This document shows positions 12,206 to 25,020 of a DNA stretch of 64,000 nucleotides, in pieces. Location of the stretch: contig OX597818.1 of the NCBI GenBank assembly GCA_951406725.2, positions 71,052,001-71,116,000 of the forward strand, read 5' to 3'. Numbering within the stretch: position 1 is the stretch's first letter; each line of letters begins with the position of its first letter. Below the pieces are notes generated by a model that was not told the origin of the DNA, did no database searches, and saw only the letters and a program-made list of their open reading frames with translations. The position numbers and the translations under genes are program-made. The DNA comes from Octopus vulgaris. Taxonomy: Eukaryota.

Positions 12206-12929
12206 ACCACCTACCATATGACATGCATATGAGTGAGAGAGAGAAAGTGTGTGTGTGTGTGTGTGTGCACATGCATGCATGTGTATGTAAGATACAATCA
12301 TATTTATTAAACATATAAAGCAAAGGGCCTCATTTAGGCTTGTAGACATCCATCTTTAAAAAGATTCTCAAAGAGAAAGACTATTGGTAATATTTACAAA
12401 TATCAGTACCAAACTTTCTCTGGGATTTTGAGCACAATTAAAGAATGATACATACAAGTCTTAAGCAGTCAACATTCAGTAAGTTATTGTTACTAAGTAT
12501 AACAAGTAGTTCAGCATGTACAGATCTAAGGTATAGCAATAACCAAAATCTAGTTTCAACAAGCTATCAGATCTTTAATAAGGTTACACAGTTGTGATAG
12601 TTCAGAATTAGACATCATATTCTCTTTTTAAGGGGAGCCCATTAGTTTGATGTGTGTGTGTATTTTCTGCTTAGTTATGGGGGAATCGCATCAACCATAA
12701 CCCTTTTTTTCAGGACCTTCAAAACTAGTGAGGGAAATGGGAGAAAGTTATCCTCAATTTGGTAAGCCATTCCAAATGCTTGAAACAAAGCAACCTCACT
12801 AAAGGCCCCTCAAAGATCAATTCATGATGTAAAACTCGGTAACAGATTAAGTCTACTTATGACACACACTGCCAGAACAAATATCATACGGCATACTATG
12901 CAACATTAGTAATTGTACCAGTCTTCTGC

Positions 12930-13068
12930 CCTGGTCTGGTACTTAACTTTATCCACCATGAAAGAGTGAAAGGCATGATTGGTGTTGGTAGAACTTGAAC
13001 TCAGAATATAGACAGCAAAAACAAATATTACAAGGCATTTTGTTCTACACTTTAACAATTCAGCCACC
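12930..13068 (-). mobile_element. tRNA-derived SINE (family A), decayed
   Basis: CTGGTACTT..GAACTTGAACTCAGAAT, similar to 23781-23988. Confidence 0.6.
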
Positions 13069-13286
13069 AACATTGGGCAGTTCAAAGAATTACCTAGAAG
13101 CTCTTTGCTAAATGGAATTGTAAATTGACAGAAATGTTTGACAGTATCAAAAATTGATGAGATAGGAATATTATGACATTAAGAATATCAATAATTTTCT
13201 ATCAGCTTATCTATCCTTTACTCTCTCTCCTCCCCCTCTCTCTCTAAACATAGGTATCTGTGTGTGTATAAGCTCTAGTATGTGTG

Positions 13287-13317
<31 letters not shown>

Positions 13318-14975
13318 GCATGTATACTCACACATAAAAACAATCACAACACTTGAAATATATCAACAGTGTGACACCATCACCTCAGTCAAAGTAAGGC
13401 AAAATTAAATTAGGTATTAGCAAACAACCAATTATATCATTAATGGTAAGCTTATTTTGACATTACTAAAAATAGCATTGAGTTTTTGGCAAATACCCTT
13501 CAGAAGACTCAATAGCAAAACAGTTTCACTGTGACGTGATATGAAACATTTGTAAAGATTAAGTCAAATGCACAGACACCAACCTATGAACGAATAAAAA
13601 AGCTCTTATATGGTTGTTCAACTTACTAAAAATAACATATTTTCCTAATCTCATACCCTATCATGATAGAAACAAAAAAAAGAATTATGTTGAATCATAT
13701 TATCCTAGGTTCATTGCACATAGGAAAAAGATAGACTTCTCATAACTGGAATGCTTCTGATCATCAGTTGTTCAGTCAGGGATAACAATGGGGCCAAACG
13801 TTTACCATTAAATTGACAAATAACCATTAGTGACTTCCTTGGCAAACACAATGTGCTCGGGAAAGAATTTTCATAGGAGAACAGAGTCAATTTCCCATTG
13901 CCTTCTTTTAGGTACATTTTACAAGATGCCATCATGTCAGATATTCATTAAGATCTCCACAGCTACCTCAGCTGAAAGAAATATCACAAAATATTTTATA
14001 CAATGCCCTCGGAATTCTGCCACATCATCCCCACTGGACTAGAACTTTATTTTATCACCTTCAGAAGACAAAGTTACTCTCAGCAGAACTGAATTCAGTA
14101 AAGAGCATTTTGTCTGATTTTCTAATAAGCCTACCAGAGAATTAGAGAGTTCCTCATTTGATCACTCTAAAATTCAAATATTCAATGAAGCTATTTTCTT
14201 TCCTGAATGCATATTGATGAAAAATAATTAAATAAAGAGTTAAAACAGGAAAACTATCAAAGATTACAAGAGCAAATGGAGTATTGCAATGGTTAAATAT
14301 ATTTTATTCAGTATCTTGACTGCAGAGACACTGGGATTGAGTTCCTCATGCTTGTGCCACAGACTTAACAAAGTCAGAGAGATTGGTTTGCATTCGGTTT
14401 TGTTTCAACATCCAATAAGTTTCTGATGCAAGAATGAATTACTTGACGGATGACATGAAATTTAAGATAATGAGAATGTTTCTCTTAAAAAGGAATAATA
14501 ACACCACTATTATCAGTCATTTCACTGATTATATTTTCTTACATAATATCCTGCTGGAGACTTTTTGTAAATTTCAAACTCTGAATTTGTGTGTGTGTGT
14601 GTGTGTGTGCATGAGCACATGCATGCATGCGTGTGTGTTTTATATAAAGTATATTTGTATGTATGCGTATTATGGAACATGGACGTTAAATGATGATGAT
14701 ATATTTGTGTTTGCTCACATCTAGTGTTTAAATACTTGTGAAAATAAGATTTTAGAATCAAAGATAAAAAACAAACAAACATATAAATGAATCACTTCGT
14801 TGCAAGGAGAATAGAAAATAAACACCAGAATACAAAGGGAAAATAAGGAATAGACTTAATAGCAATAATAAATAAACATTTTAATCTTCTGCAATTAAAA
14901 CCAAAAAATGCTTCATGTAAATTTCACATAACAACTAATAATGATAGCAAAAGCAATAACAACAACAACAACACA

Positions 14976-15340
14976 GCAGTCCCATCAGATGATATTCAGT
15001 CTCTAAAAGGAAAAGAGAAATTATCTAAATATAAAGATAGGGAAACAGAGAGGAGCTGAATGTGGGGCCTGAAAACTGAAACACTCCCTATAAATAATAA
15101 GTGCTTCAGGAATGATTAAAAAGAAACACAAACAAATACATAAAAAAGTCCAGGATTTACAAATATACCTGACACACAAAAATGGTATCACTTAAGCACA
15201 GCACACGTACTATGCAAAGTAAAATCTAACAAAACCATAACAAAAAGACTGTAACATATCCAATGCACAAAACAACAGCACTCAGTGAAAGCATGCATTA
15301 GAAATAAAATTATTGAATAATAATAATAATAATAATAAGA
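14976..15340 (+). mobile_element. R4/Dong-like (restriction-like endonuclease) LINE 3' end followed by (TAA)n
   Basis: VPSDD..KEKLSKYKD..MWGLKTETLPI..GMIKK..STAHVL across frameshifts, the RLE C-terminal pattern. Confidence 0.75.
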
Positions 15341-16309
15341 CTACATAATGATAATAATAATAATAGCAACAACAACAATAGATAAATAAACAAATACTCA
15401 TTTCATTTTTCTTCATTGAATCCGTAAATATTTTACTTTTTGTCAGATTTTACTAGAACTCATCAAAGCACTCATGATTGTGATTAATTTCTATTGGTAC
15501 TTGATTTTTCAATTTTTTGGAAAAAGCCATCATCAATATTATATACCTCCTCTATGTCTCATTAACCCTTAATTGCAAAAATGGCAGACATCTTAAAAAA
15601 GTGTTTTCTTGTATTCAAATCAAGTCTGCGAATATCCTTTCTGTAATCTCTCTCTCTCTCTCCCTCTCTCTCTCTCTCTCGTTTAGTAGCTGATATGTAG
15701 CCTAATTTTTTTAAATGTGTCTTTGTGTATGCTTCTGAAAAACATTTTTTTTTTATGTTTCAAAAAAAAATTAAATTGTCTGTAAATAGAAATTGTATAT
15801 TTTTCATATCTGGATTCAACAAAAGCCACAACAAAAATAAACAAAATAAAAAAAAGATAAGTCTATTACAAACTTTAATGCAATAATGTGAAGATCTTTA
15901 AAAAAATAAAACAAAAAAAAACTTTACAAAAATGCAGTCTTTTTCATTTTTTTTTTGTTATTTTTAGATATATTCAATTTTAAAAGTAATTTGTTTTATA
16001 ATCAATATTATCCTAAATCTATAGAGGTGTGGTGTAGCTTGAAGTGGTGTGACACAGTATGCATTGTAAAGTCAAAATATGCTCTCAGCAAGCTGAGCTT
16101 GTGACTCAGTTTCAATTCCCAGCTGAAGTTAATTCAGTTCAGTTCACTTATACTGCTAAATGATTGGGTAAAACATTGAGGTCAGACAAACACATTTCTT
16201 CCCATTCCCCATCCACTGGCAGGATTTAGTGCCTCAGTAATAATCCCGTATGTGAAATTGGAAAAAAAGCACAGTTATATGACAACAACAAAAACACAAT
16301 ACCTACTAT

Positions 16310-16350
16310 TAATAATGATGATGATGATGATTTCATTGCCACTACTACTA

Positions 16351-16391
<41 letters not shown>

Positions 16392-16420
16392 GTAATAATA
16401 ATAATAATAATAATAATAAT
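16310..16420. repeat. compound (GAT)/(TAC)/(TAA) microsatellite
   Basis: Direct reading. Confidence 0.9.
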
Positions 16421-17544
16421 CTTGTATAGATGCTAAATGCTCCCAACAAGTTCATCAATCACATCATATATGCCTTGCGAATCAAAACTGCTATCAGAAA
16501 TATAACAAGCTTCCCAAAATGGTGTCAAAGATATTTTCTTACAAATATTAAAAAACGAAAAAATATGGGTCATTTGCTTGAAAAGGACCAGAAGTCATGG
16601 GCTTGTCCTTTCTTATGTCATGCCACATAAACATTTTAAAATAAGAATTGTGGATGTTTCAGTTTTTCATTTAAATTTTTCCAGCTTTCTTTTATTTATT
16701 TTGCATTAAAAATTTATGGCTGTGACTTTTCAGCTTGCAATATTATGATAAATTTCCAATAAAAGATACACGTGTGTGTGTGTGTGTATAAATATGTGTG
16801 TGTATATGTATCACACATGCACATGCACAAATGTGTAGGTGCGTTAGAGCATATATCTGTGTGTTAGAGAAGAAAAAATGAAAGCATTTGTCAATTGTCA
16901 ATGACAAAATGACAAAAACACTTTGATATTTCAATAAAAAACACGTTCCAGTTTAACAATAGTTATATTAGCCCAACGCAGTTATCACCTTGTGTGCTAT
17001 CACATTCACATCCATTTTTTGATACTTTTGTACACATGCACACAGACACACTGTAAACATCACAATGTAGTTATCTGAAGTGCCCTTTGAAAAATGACTT
17101 AAGCAAATGAAATTTTAAAAAAAACAGTAAATGGTACCAATAATATACTCTGTTGCAAACAGTCTTCTCATATTCTTCCAATTGATTTTGTTTGTCTATC
17201 TAGCCAACAAAGAGGGGGAAAAAGAAAAGCAGAAAAAAAATGGTTTCTAAATGAAGTTAAAGTCATTCTCAAGAATATTTTTATTTTTTAAATATTGTGA
17301 CATTTTATATTGGCATAGAGAATCAAATATTCTATATAATAACTATAGATAGATTGTGAATTTGAATAAAGCATGAAATACTGAATTAAAAAAACCAAAA
17401 AACAGTTTTTACTTGCTTGAAAGTGTTTATGGGTGTATTTCAAACATTCTCAGTTTTAAATGCTATTACTCCAAGTTTCTCACAAAAGCAATTGTCTTTC
17501 AAGAAACCTATATTAATCAGTTTTAAACACATTTGTATTAACAG

Positions 17545-17568
17545 TGTGCAATGCTTGATCTACATAAG
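17545..17568 (+). CDS. candidate 24-nt frame-preserving microexon (CAMLDLHK in phase 0, or VQCLIYI in another frame); host gene unknown
   Basis: TTTGTATTAACAG|TGTGCAATGCTTGATCTACATAAG|GTAAGC: canonical acceptor, strong donor, length a multiple of 3, TE-poor surroundings. Confidence 0.5.
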
Positions 17569-17709
17569 GTAAGCAGGTTTATACATCCAGGCCCAGATGC
17601 CATTCGATTAGCCCTTTTGTCAACTGTACTCAATCTATTGACATGTATAGTTGCACAAAAGGCTGAGGAGACAAAAACGAGATCTGGGTGTATAATACTC
17701 CTTACCTTA
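17565..17709 (+). promoter_or_regulatory. long imperfect RNA hairpin overlapping the microexon 5' splice site
   Basis: TAAGGTAAG pairs with CTTACCTTA (17701-17709); TTATACA with TGTATAA; CCCAGAT with ATCTGGG; AGCCCTTTTGTCAACTGTAC with GTATAGTTGCACAAAAGGCT; TCAAT with ATTGA. Confidence 0.75.
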
Positions 17710-18344
17710 CACATAACGAACACATACACAAAAACATGCACATATATAAAAAAGTTACATTATAAATTTTATATTTTTCTGCACTTCATATTGAGTTCTT
17801 TTCTCATGTTCGTATGTATCAATATGTAGTCATTTGCTTTTATATATGAGAGTGTGTGCATATATCTGATTCTGCTACATTTTAAGAACAGCATTGATTT
17901 AAACATTTCAAATAAACAAAGAAAAATACTTTATTGTAGAAGCCAAAACTGGTCTAGTATAATGGTTGGCTACTGAATGTGTTTCATGGGATAACTAAAT
18001 GCATTGTTTCAACTCCAAGCTTCTTTCATTTAGATATTGCTTCAACAATCTCAGCAGAGAAAGTCGTAAAGATTTACTTTAAGGAGTGATTCAAAACAGA
18101 CATCTCTTAACCAAGTTAATTCTTGTAAACAATCAGAAAGCAGCTGATTGAAACCACCATGTTTCTGGATTGCTTACATCCTGAATGTCAGGGTCACACC
18201 ATTTGGACTCTTGTTAATTTCATAGTCAAGCATCAAGAATACATTATTAAAGATTGCATCAAGGTCAACTTAGAAGTTGCAGCATAGTTATGTTGTGTTG
18301 TATGTATGCACATGTGTGTATGTGTGTGTGTGTGTAAGCATATA

Positions 18345-19609
18345 CAGGGGTTGGAAAAAATAATGGAAACGCCTTAAAATTTTAAGCAAATTTATTTTAA
18401 TATGGAGTAGGACCACCTTTGGAAGTAATTACACCTTGAATTCTATGAGGTATGAACTTGTACAAAGTTTGGATTGTTTCCAATGGAAATTTTCTCCATT
18501 CTTCAGCTAAAAGTCTCCAGTTCTTGTAGTGACGACTCCTTACTTGTTTTTCTAAAATGTACCCCATAAATGTTCGATAATATTGAGGTCTGGGGACTTT
18601 TGTGGCCAGATAAGATGTTCATCTTCACTAGAATGTTCCTCATGCCATTCAGTAACCACTTTAGCTGTGTGAAATGGCGCATTATTATCCTGAAAGATTG
18701 CGTTTCCCTTCAGAAACAGTTCTGCAACCATAGTATGAATTTGATCAGATAAAATATTTAAATAGTCTTGACTATTAATTCTGCCATGAAGGGAAACCTT
18801 TGGGCTGGTGGATTTCTAAGATATAGCCCCCCACCTGATCATCACAGATCCTCTTGCATGTTTAACAGTTGGAAGAAGACAGTCTGGTCAAGTGCTTCTT
18901 TTGGCTGTCTCCACATGTATACTCAGCTGGTGGCTGGAAATAAGGTAAAGGATGACTCGTCCAAGAAAATAACATTCTTCCACTGCTCTGGGAACCAATT
19001 CTGTAGGTTTTTACTCCACTCTAAATGCTTTGCTTTTGAAAAATGTTTGTTTTTGAAAGTAGTGGTTTTCTGATTGCAGCCCTACCATGAAATCTGGCTT
19101 TGTACAGCTCCTGGGGAACAGTTTTTGTGGAAACTGGGTTCTCAAGGTGATCATTAAGCTCTGCAGTAATTTTGGGAGCTGTACTTTTATGATCCTTTCT
19201 AACAATTCGTGTAAGAGTCCGACGGTCCCTATCTGAAAGTTTTGGTTTGCTTCCGGAGTTTTGTTTCAAAGAGGAGGTTTCTCCTTTTTTCTCAAAAGCT
19301 GCCATTACTTTTGAAACAGTACCTCTTGATACACCAAACATTTTGGCTGTTTTCATTATACTAGCGCCTGCCATATGAGCACCAACAATTTGTCCACTTT
19401 GAAAGTCCTATAGATCTCTCATTTTAATGAATTTTAATTACCTTTTTCTGATGATATCTGAAAAGAAACAGCAATTTTAGCAAAACATATTAATCAACAC
19501 TAACAATAAATCAAAAAACAAAAATAAACAAGCTTTTGACAGTTTTATAGATATTTCAAAATTATGATGCTATGATGCTAAGTGTTTCCATTATTTTGTC
19601 CAAACCCTG
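18345..19609 (-). mobile_element. full-length Tc1-family DNA transposon (DD36E/Incomer-like), ~28-bp TIRs, TA target duplication
   Basis: TA|CAGGGGTTGGAAAAAATAATGGAAAC ... GTTTCCATTATTTTGTCCAAACCCTG|TA. Confidence 0.93.
18397..19422 (-). pseudogene. Tc1 transposase pseudogene (~342 codons, stops and frameshifts)
   Basis: MRDL*DFQSGQIVGAHMAGAS..VSRGTVSKV (HTH); VIFLDESS; FQDNNAPFH..WPQKSPDLNIIE; GGPTPY*. Confidence 0.92.
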
Positions 19610-19786
19610 TATATATGTTGCTTCACTTTGAGATACTCATTTCTACACAGCTCACAGCAGTCTACACTCATTTATTTCAAGTTTATATTTCATGCTTATA
19701 TTAGAAATAAATTTGTTCAAAGCTCATTTGAAAACTATTGCACTTGACCACACAAACACACACACAATCACAAACACACACACAAA

Positions 19787-19853
<67 letters not shown>

Positions 19854-20159
19854 AGAGTAATTAGATTAAGGCAGGCTTCTCATGTTTCACCAAATCACTA
19901 GTGTGCCTCACAAAGAATGTCAGAAATTCTTCATGTACCATTTTTTTATAATGTTGTTGACTGGAATGATGTGAAAGCTACTCTTTGATATCAGGGCTCC
20001 ACTTCAAAAAATTTCCAAATGTCATATTTTCATATTTTTGCAATTATATCAGCAAACCTCCAATCAAACTATTTGTTGGTTGATATTGGATAACCTCAGG
20101 AGTAAACCATTCTTTTTGTTTTACTCATTTTATGCCTGTGCTTGATAATTTCTTCAGTA

Positions 20160-20650
20160 GAATTAAGTTAAGGCTGCTAACACGTTTTAGAAATAGCTCA
20201 TACAATTATACTTCTAAAAATACTAATATACAAATAATTACTTCATTCTGCTATGGATTTTGTGTAATACTCTCATGAAAGAGAAACTCACATGGATTAA
20301 CAACAGCAATCTTGACGGTGCCAGTATCTTTTCCATTGCAATCCTCACAGGAAAAATTATATCCCATTCCTTTGTATAGCTCTGGCTAATTTGCATGTAA
20401 AACACAGATTGATCTTCCTTTAAAATGGAATATTTTTTGAAACAGGTTTTCAGTTTCTGCTCTCTTATTTTGAATTTTCAATACTCATGAAAAATATTCT
20501 GTGTAATGAAAATACTTATTGATAAAAACTCTTCAATTGATGAAATCAAACTTATCAATAAGCTCAAAATGTAGCATTTGAATAGCTTGACTTTTGAAAT
20601 GATTCTCGTCATCAAGCATAAAACTTGAGCAATTAAGAAAAAGCATGAAG
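20160..20650 (-). mobile_element. possible decayed hAT transposase C-terminal fragment
   Basis: VKIAVVNPCE / SFSFMRV across a frameshift resembles the hAT dimerisation motif (P....ERSFS). Confidence 0.3.
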
Positions 20651-21476
20651 GATTATCTCTATTTCAACATAACTATTTTATCTTTCTAGAGTTAGTAACA
20701 TATGTACCAGTAATACACGCAGGTCAGTTCAATCACCTACTTTCCTTTCCACCATTGACTTTATGGATATGCTGTGTCATAGTAAAAGCCATTGAGCAAG
20801 AGCCATGCTTACTATAAATTCAGGTTGCCTGCATAATTATCAAGAAGTCACTGACCAACACATTTTAAACTCTGCTCCATAAACATAGCATCTCTTTACT
20901 CTGCCTTTTCTACTGCTACTGCAGTAACACCCCCCCCCCCCATCTAATCTTGCCTCTGTCCTCACCTCATTGCCCATGTTGTGTCCAAGGTGTGCTATTA
21001 TAAAGAGTACGAATGGCACACTTTTTTCATTCCTTCCCTATGAGGGTTTATGCTCCCACAGAGACAGAAACTTTGTCAGCCCTGATAAAATACATTTCAC
21101 GCATGACCCTCTTATCATTTTTCAGGCCTCATCTAACTAATACTACATGGTCCACTCTAGCTTTAAATATCTTTAAAGGCATCATGCTGTGATTTGAAAA
21201 AAAATTTTACTGCTATTCCTAGCTAGTTGAGTGACCATATAGAGGCCCTTGTGGTGGTTTGAAAGAAACTATAATCTTGAAGGTGAAAAAAGTCTTTGAT
21301 AAAATCTTTATCACTGGCCTCTGGTCATTCTTTCATCTAAATGTCTTACTATTTTCAATTGTTTCTTTTATTGCGATGGACTAAGTTTCTTCTAGATGTT
21401 GATTCCCCAATTCTATATACAACGATGTCTTTACATTCTTCACCTTTTCATAAGTTCTTTCTTTTATCTTCTTTCT

Positions 21477-21524
<48 letters not shown>

Positions 21525-22006
21525 ATCATTTATGACCCATTAGAATGAGAAAATTATGTAAAATTTCCTAAGGTCTTTACAACTTGCTTTGTTTCAGCCA
21601 TCATGGCAGAGATCATGCTGGAGAACTGCCAAGTGGCACTATTTTTGTTAATTGGCATCCTAACAGTTATTAGCAGTACAGTCCTTTTACACCGTTCATG
21701 GCTCAAATCTTTCTGCTCTTTCTCCAAAAGGAGATTCAGAGAGCTATGATGAACACTATTGCTACACAAAAGAAATTGAACACTGTAATACACACTCTTT
21801 TCAATAGCTCTTGTAATAATTTGTTTGTTTCTTAGCACAAGATTAATTAGAAAAAATTCATCTTTTAAATATTCTTTCAATTTTGACTTTAGTTTTTCAT
21901 TAGTAATTGTTACTGTTAATTTCATCCTGCCATCTTTCATCATTTTTCTCTCACAAATATTCTTGTTTTCATTTCTATATCATGCAGTCTCAGGTTAAAC
22001 ACTCAT

Positions 22007-22050
<44 letters not shown>

Positions 22051-22576
22051 ACTCACATATTCTTTCTCACAGAAACACACACCTAAATATTCTACTTGTA
22101 TTAAGGTTAAAACAAATGTTTCCATTTTTTTTTACCATTTAATGTAAAGAAAAAGTAAAACTGATAGAAAACATAAAACAACAACAAAGACATACACAGA
22201 CCTCATTTCCAAAACTTCTGCCATGTTTGTATAAAGAGTAGGTCAGAACAACTAATTACAAAATAACAAATGTAGGACGTCTTCACTGACTGTCACACTA
22301 ATTATCGATCTTCTTAAATTGATTTTATTTTCAAACTTTCTCCTTGATCTCAATGAAGGACAAGAAAAGAATTTTTCTCTGATGGATCAAACAAATTTCT
22401 TCATGGATATTATTTTCCTTTTGTTTGTGATTGCTATTTAGCCTCAGGTCATCTCTGATCAAGCAGACCTCTCACTAAAGGCTTTCCAAACACGACTATT
22501 CCATCTTTTTTATTTTCACATCAATTCACTCAACTGCTTTGTCCAATATATTCGCCTCTGTTTAAGACAGTAAAAT

Positions 22577-23310
22577 CAGTGGTGTGTGGTGATTGTTGCA
22601 ATTGGGGGTTGCTCAACACTGACCACACTGAAAATTAAATTAAAAGTACGTATTTCTGCAACTGTAAAAGCATTTAAGATCAACACGAATTGAATTTTAA
22701 GTAAAATGCTTAAGCACACAACTAAGAAAATCACAGAACTCACTGAGCAAAATATCAACTCACAACCTTTCACATTGAACCGTTTTCGATGGCCAATGGC
22801 AAAACAGCTGAGACTACCTAAACTTGTAGTGTTTGGTGCACTAACAGTGCCAGAATTTGATCTGAGTTCTGTTTCTGACTTCTAAAAGTGTATTAATTAG
22901 TTTTGCAAAATTAAGATCAATGTTATATGATGATATTGTAAGAAAAAAATTAGTGTAAAAAAATTGGTTTTAGTTTAGGAATTTTAAATTAATTTACGTG
23001 TACAACTTCTACCTACAAAAACGAACATGCGACACTGCTGGCAAAGCTTTCACACACCCTTCACCATTCATTCTTTGCCATTCTCCCATTAACCCACTAT
23101 ATGCCCGGTACCATATTATGATACAATGCTCTGTGAGGTGTGTAGTTCTATTTCAGGACACCCGCTACCAAATTTCAAGCAGGGTTATAACAAAAGTTTT
23201 CCATCCTGGTTTGTGATTAAATTAATGAATAAGGCTAATGTTTATAATGAATATGCCATTTTCAATGGGTGTGTGGTGAACACCAAGCTCACCTGGAATA
23301 TACGCCCCTG
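22577..23310. mobile_element. possible non-autonomous hAT element
   Basis: Ends CAGTGGTGTG.. and ..TACGCCCCTG resemble CAG(T/G)GGCGTA hAT TIRs; no 8-bp TSD seen. Confidence 0.3.
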
Positions 23311-23780
23311 TGCAATTTCACTTTTCAAAATGAGATCTGTGTATGTTTTTTTATATTGTTGTCTATATTTATTTTGCTGTTGTTTTTCAAATGTTTGTAA
23401 TTTTGTTTGTTTTTGTTTATCAGATTATTAGTTGTGGTGATGTTGTAGTGGAAGTGTTGGTTGTGGTGGTGGTGGTGGTTGTGGTGGTGTTGGTGTAGTT
23501 TTCCTACCCTAATGTACCAATCAAATTTTAACTATTCTCAAAGTTTCCAGTTCTATCATTAATTCTTTGTTGTGAACCAACCATGATTTCTGAGTCAAGA
23601 AGCAAATATTGAAACTTTGTTGTATTTGTTTACTGGTCCACACTCAACTTAAAAAGGGAACCTCTGAACAGCCACTCAGCCTACAAGAAATAGCAGCCAA
23701 AGCTTGTTCAAATCACACCCTACTACCTTTAAAAAAATGGGTGGACATATCAAAAAATTTCAGTACTATATTCTTTTCTT

Positions 23781-23988
23781 CCCTAGGCACAAGACTCGAA
23801 ATTTTGGGGGGAGGGGGCCCAGTCAATTAGATCGATCCCAGTATGCAACTGGTACTTAAAATTTATTGACCCTGGAAGGATGAATAGCAAAGTCGACTTT
23901 GGTAGAATTTGAACTCAGAATGTAAAGACAGACGAAATATCGCTAAGCATTTCGCCTGACATACTAACGTTTCTGCCAGCTCGCTGCC
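23781..23988 (-). mobile_element. tRNA-derived SINE (family A), near complete
   Basis: Minus strand GGCAGCGAGCTGGCAGAAACG (A-box-like), GAGTTCAAATTC (B-box), TCATCCTTCCAGGGTCAATAAA..AAGTACCAG central domain. Confidence 0.85.
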
Positions 23989-24869
23989 AATTTCAGTACT
24001 ATATTGAAATATAAATTGGATGGCCATGACAAGAGTGTCTTGATTATCGGCTTGTTAAGTCAGTCATCTTGATGGTAAACTGTGATTCATACTTTTTTTT
24101 TTTACATATCAGAGTTTCGTTACTTCAGAATTTGCATTAATGTTCAGTCTAAAATTTCTGTAACAGCCCGTTCTTCCAAAACATAAAAAAAAAAAGCATT
24201 TGGAAGTGCTCTTTCATCCCCAACAGGATCTCCTTGTCCTATGCCATTATTTCCAAAATGTATTACCAAAATTGTACCTGAGCCCCATTACAAGATTTTG
24301 TCTCCGTAGTTAAGTACAAGCTTTTACAATAAATTTAGTATAATTTCTGTTACACACCAAATTAAATTCTGTTTTTGGATGAAAACAAATTGTCACCCTG
24401 CCATCTTCTAAACCTACAAACCAACAAGGAGGCTTCTAGGCATTCAGGTCACCCACCAAAGTAGCAGCCAATTCCTGTCATATAACACCCTAGTGTCTTA
24501 AAAAAATGTTAAGGATATATTAGCTTGTGTACCCCTACATATAAGTAAGGCCAGTGTAACCCAGTACCATACACATAAAAGAAGTTGGTCTCAGAAATGT
24601 AAATCAATGATGTACTCAACAGTTTTATATGATGGAATTCAATCAACCTGTCTTCATCTACAATTTGGCTGAACCAAGCTATTGATAGCTATCTTGTTTA
24701 AAGGCACAGTATGGTACCATTTAACATAACTCTTTAATTAATAGTTCAAAACCTATGAACTTCATCATTTGTAGCTGTTTACACATAAACAGGATGAGTA
24801 AGAACTATATTTAGATACTGAACATATGTATCCCTAGTATAAACTCAATATATTTAAGCCTATGAAGAG

Positions 24870-25020
24870 TCTCTAAATGATCATTCTGCCTACTAGAAAT
24901 AGCAGCCAAATCTTTCTTAAACCACACTCAGCCTTCTTAAAAAAAAAAAAGAAATGATCATAGTTTGAATGCTCTTTATCTTAGGTCTGTTCAATTAGAG
25001 TCAGCCTGAGGCTAAAAGCA
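24870..25020 (+). repeat. copy of a dispersed 'AGAAATAGCAGCCAAAT' repeat family (related copies ~4395, 21200, 23680, 24460, 26980, 41410, 46410)
   Basis: Recurring CTAGAAATAGCAGCCAAATCT..CACAC..TCTTAAAAA motif on both strands. Confidence 0.6.

Noticed and set aside
21554-21943. 129-aa ORF as a host exon or transposase
   Set aside because: No recognisable motif or convincing splice sites; probably a decayed TE that I cannot classify
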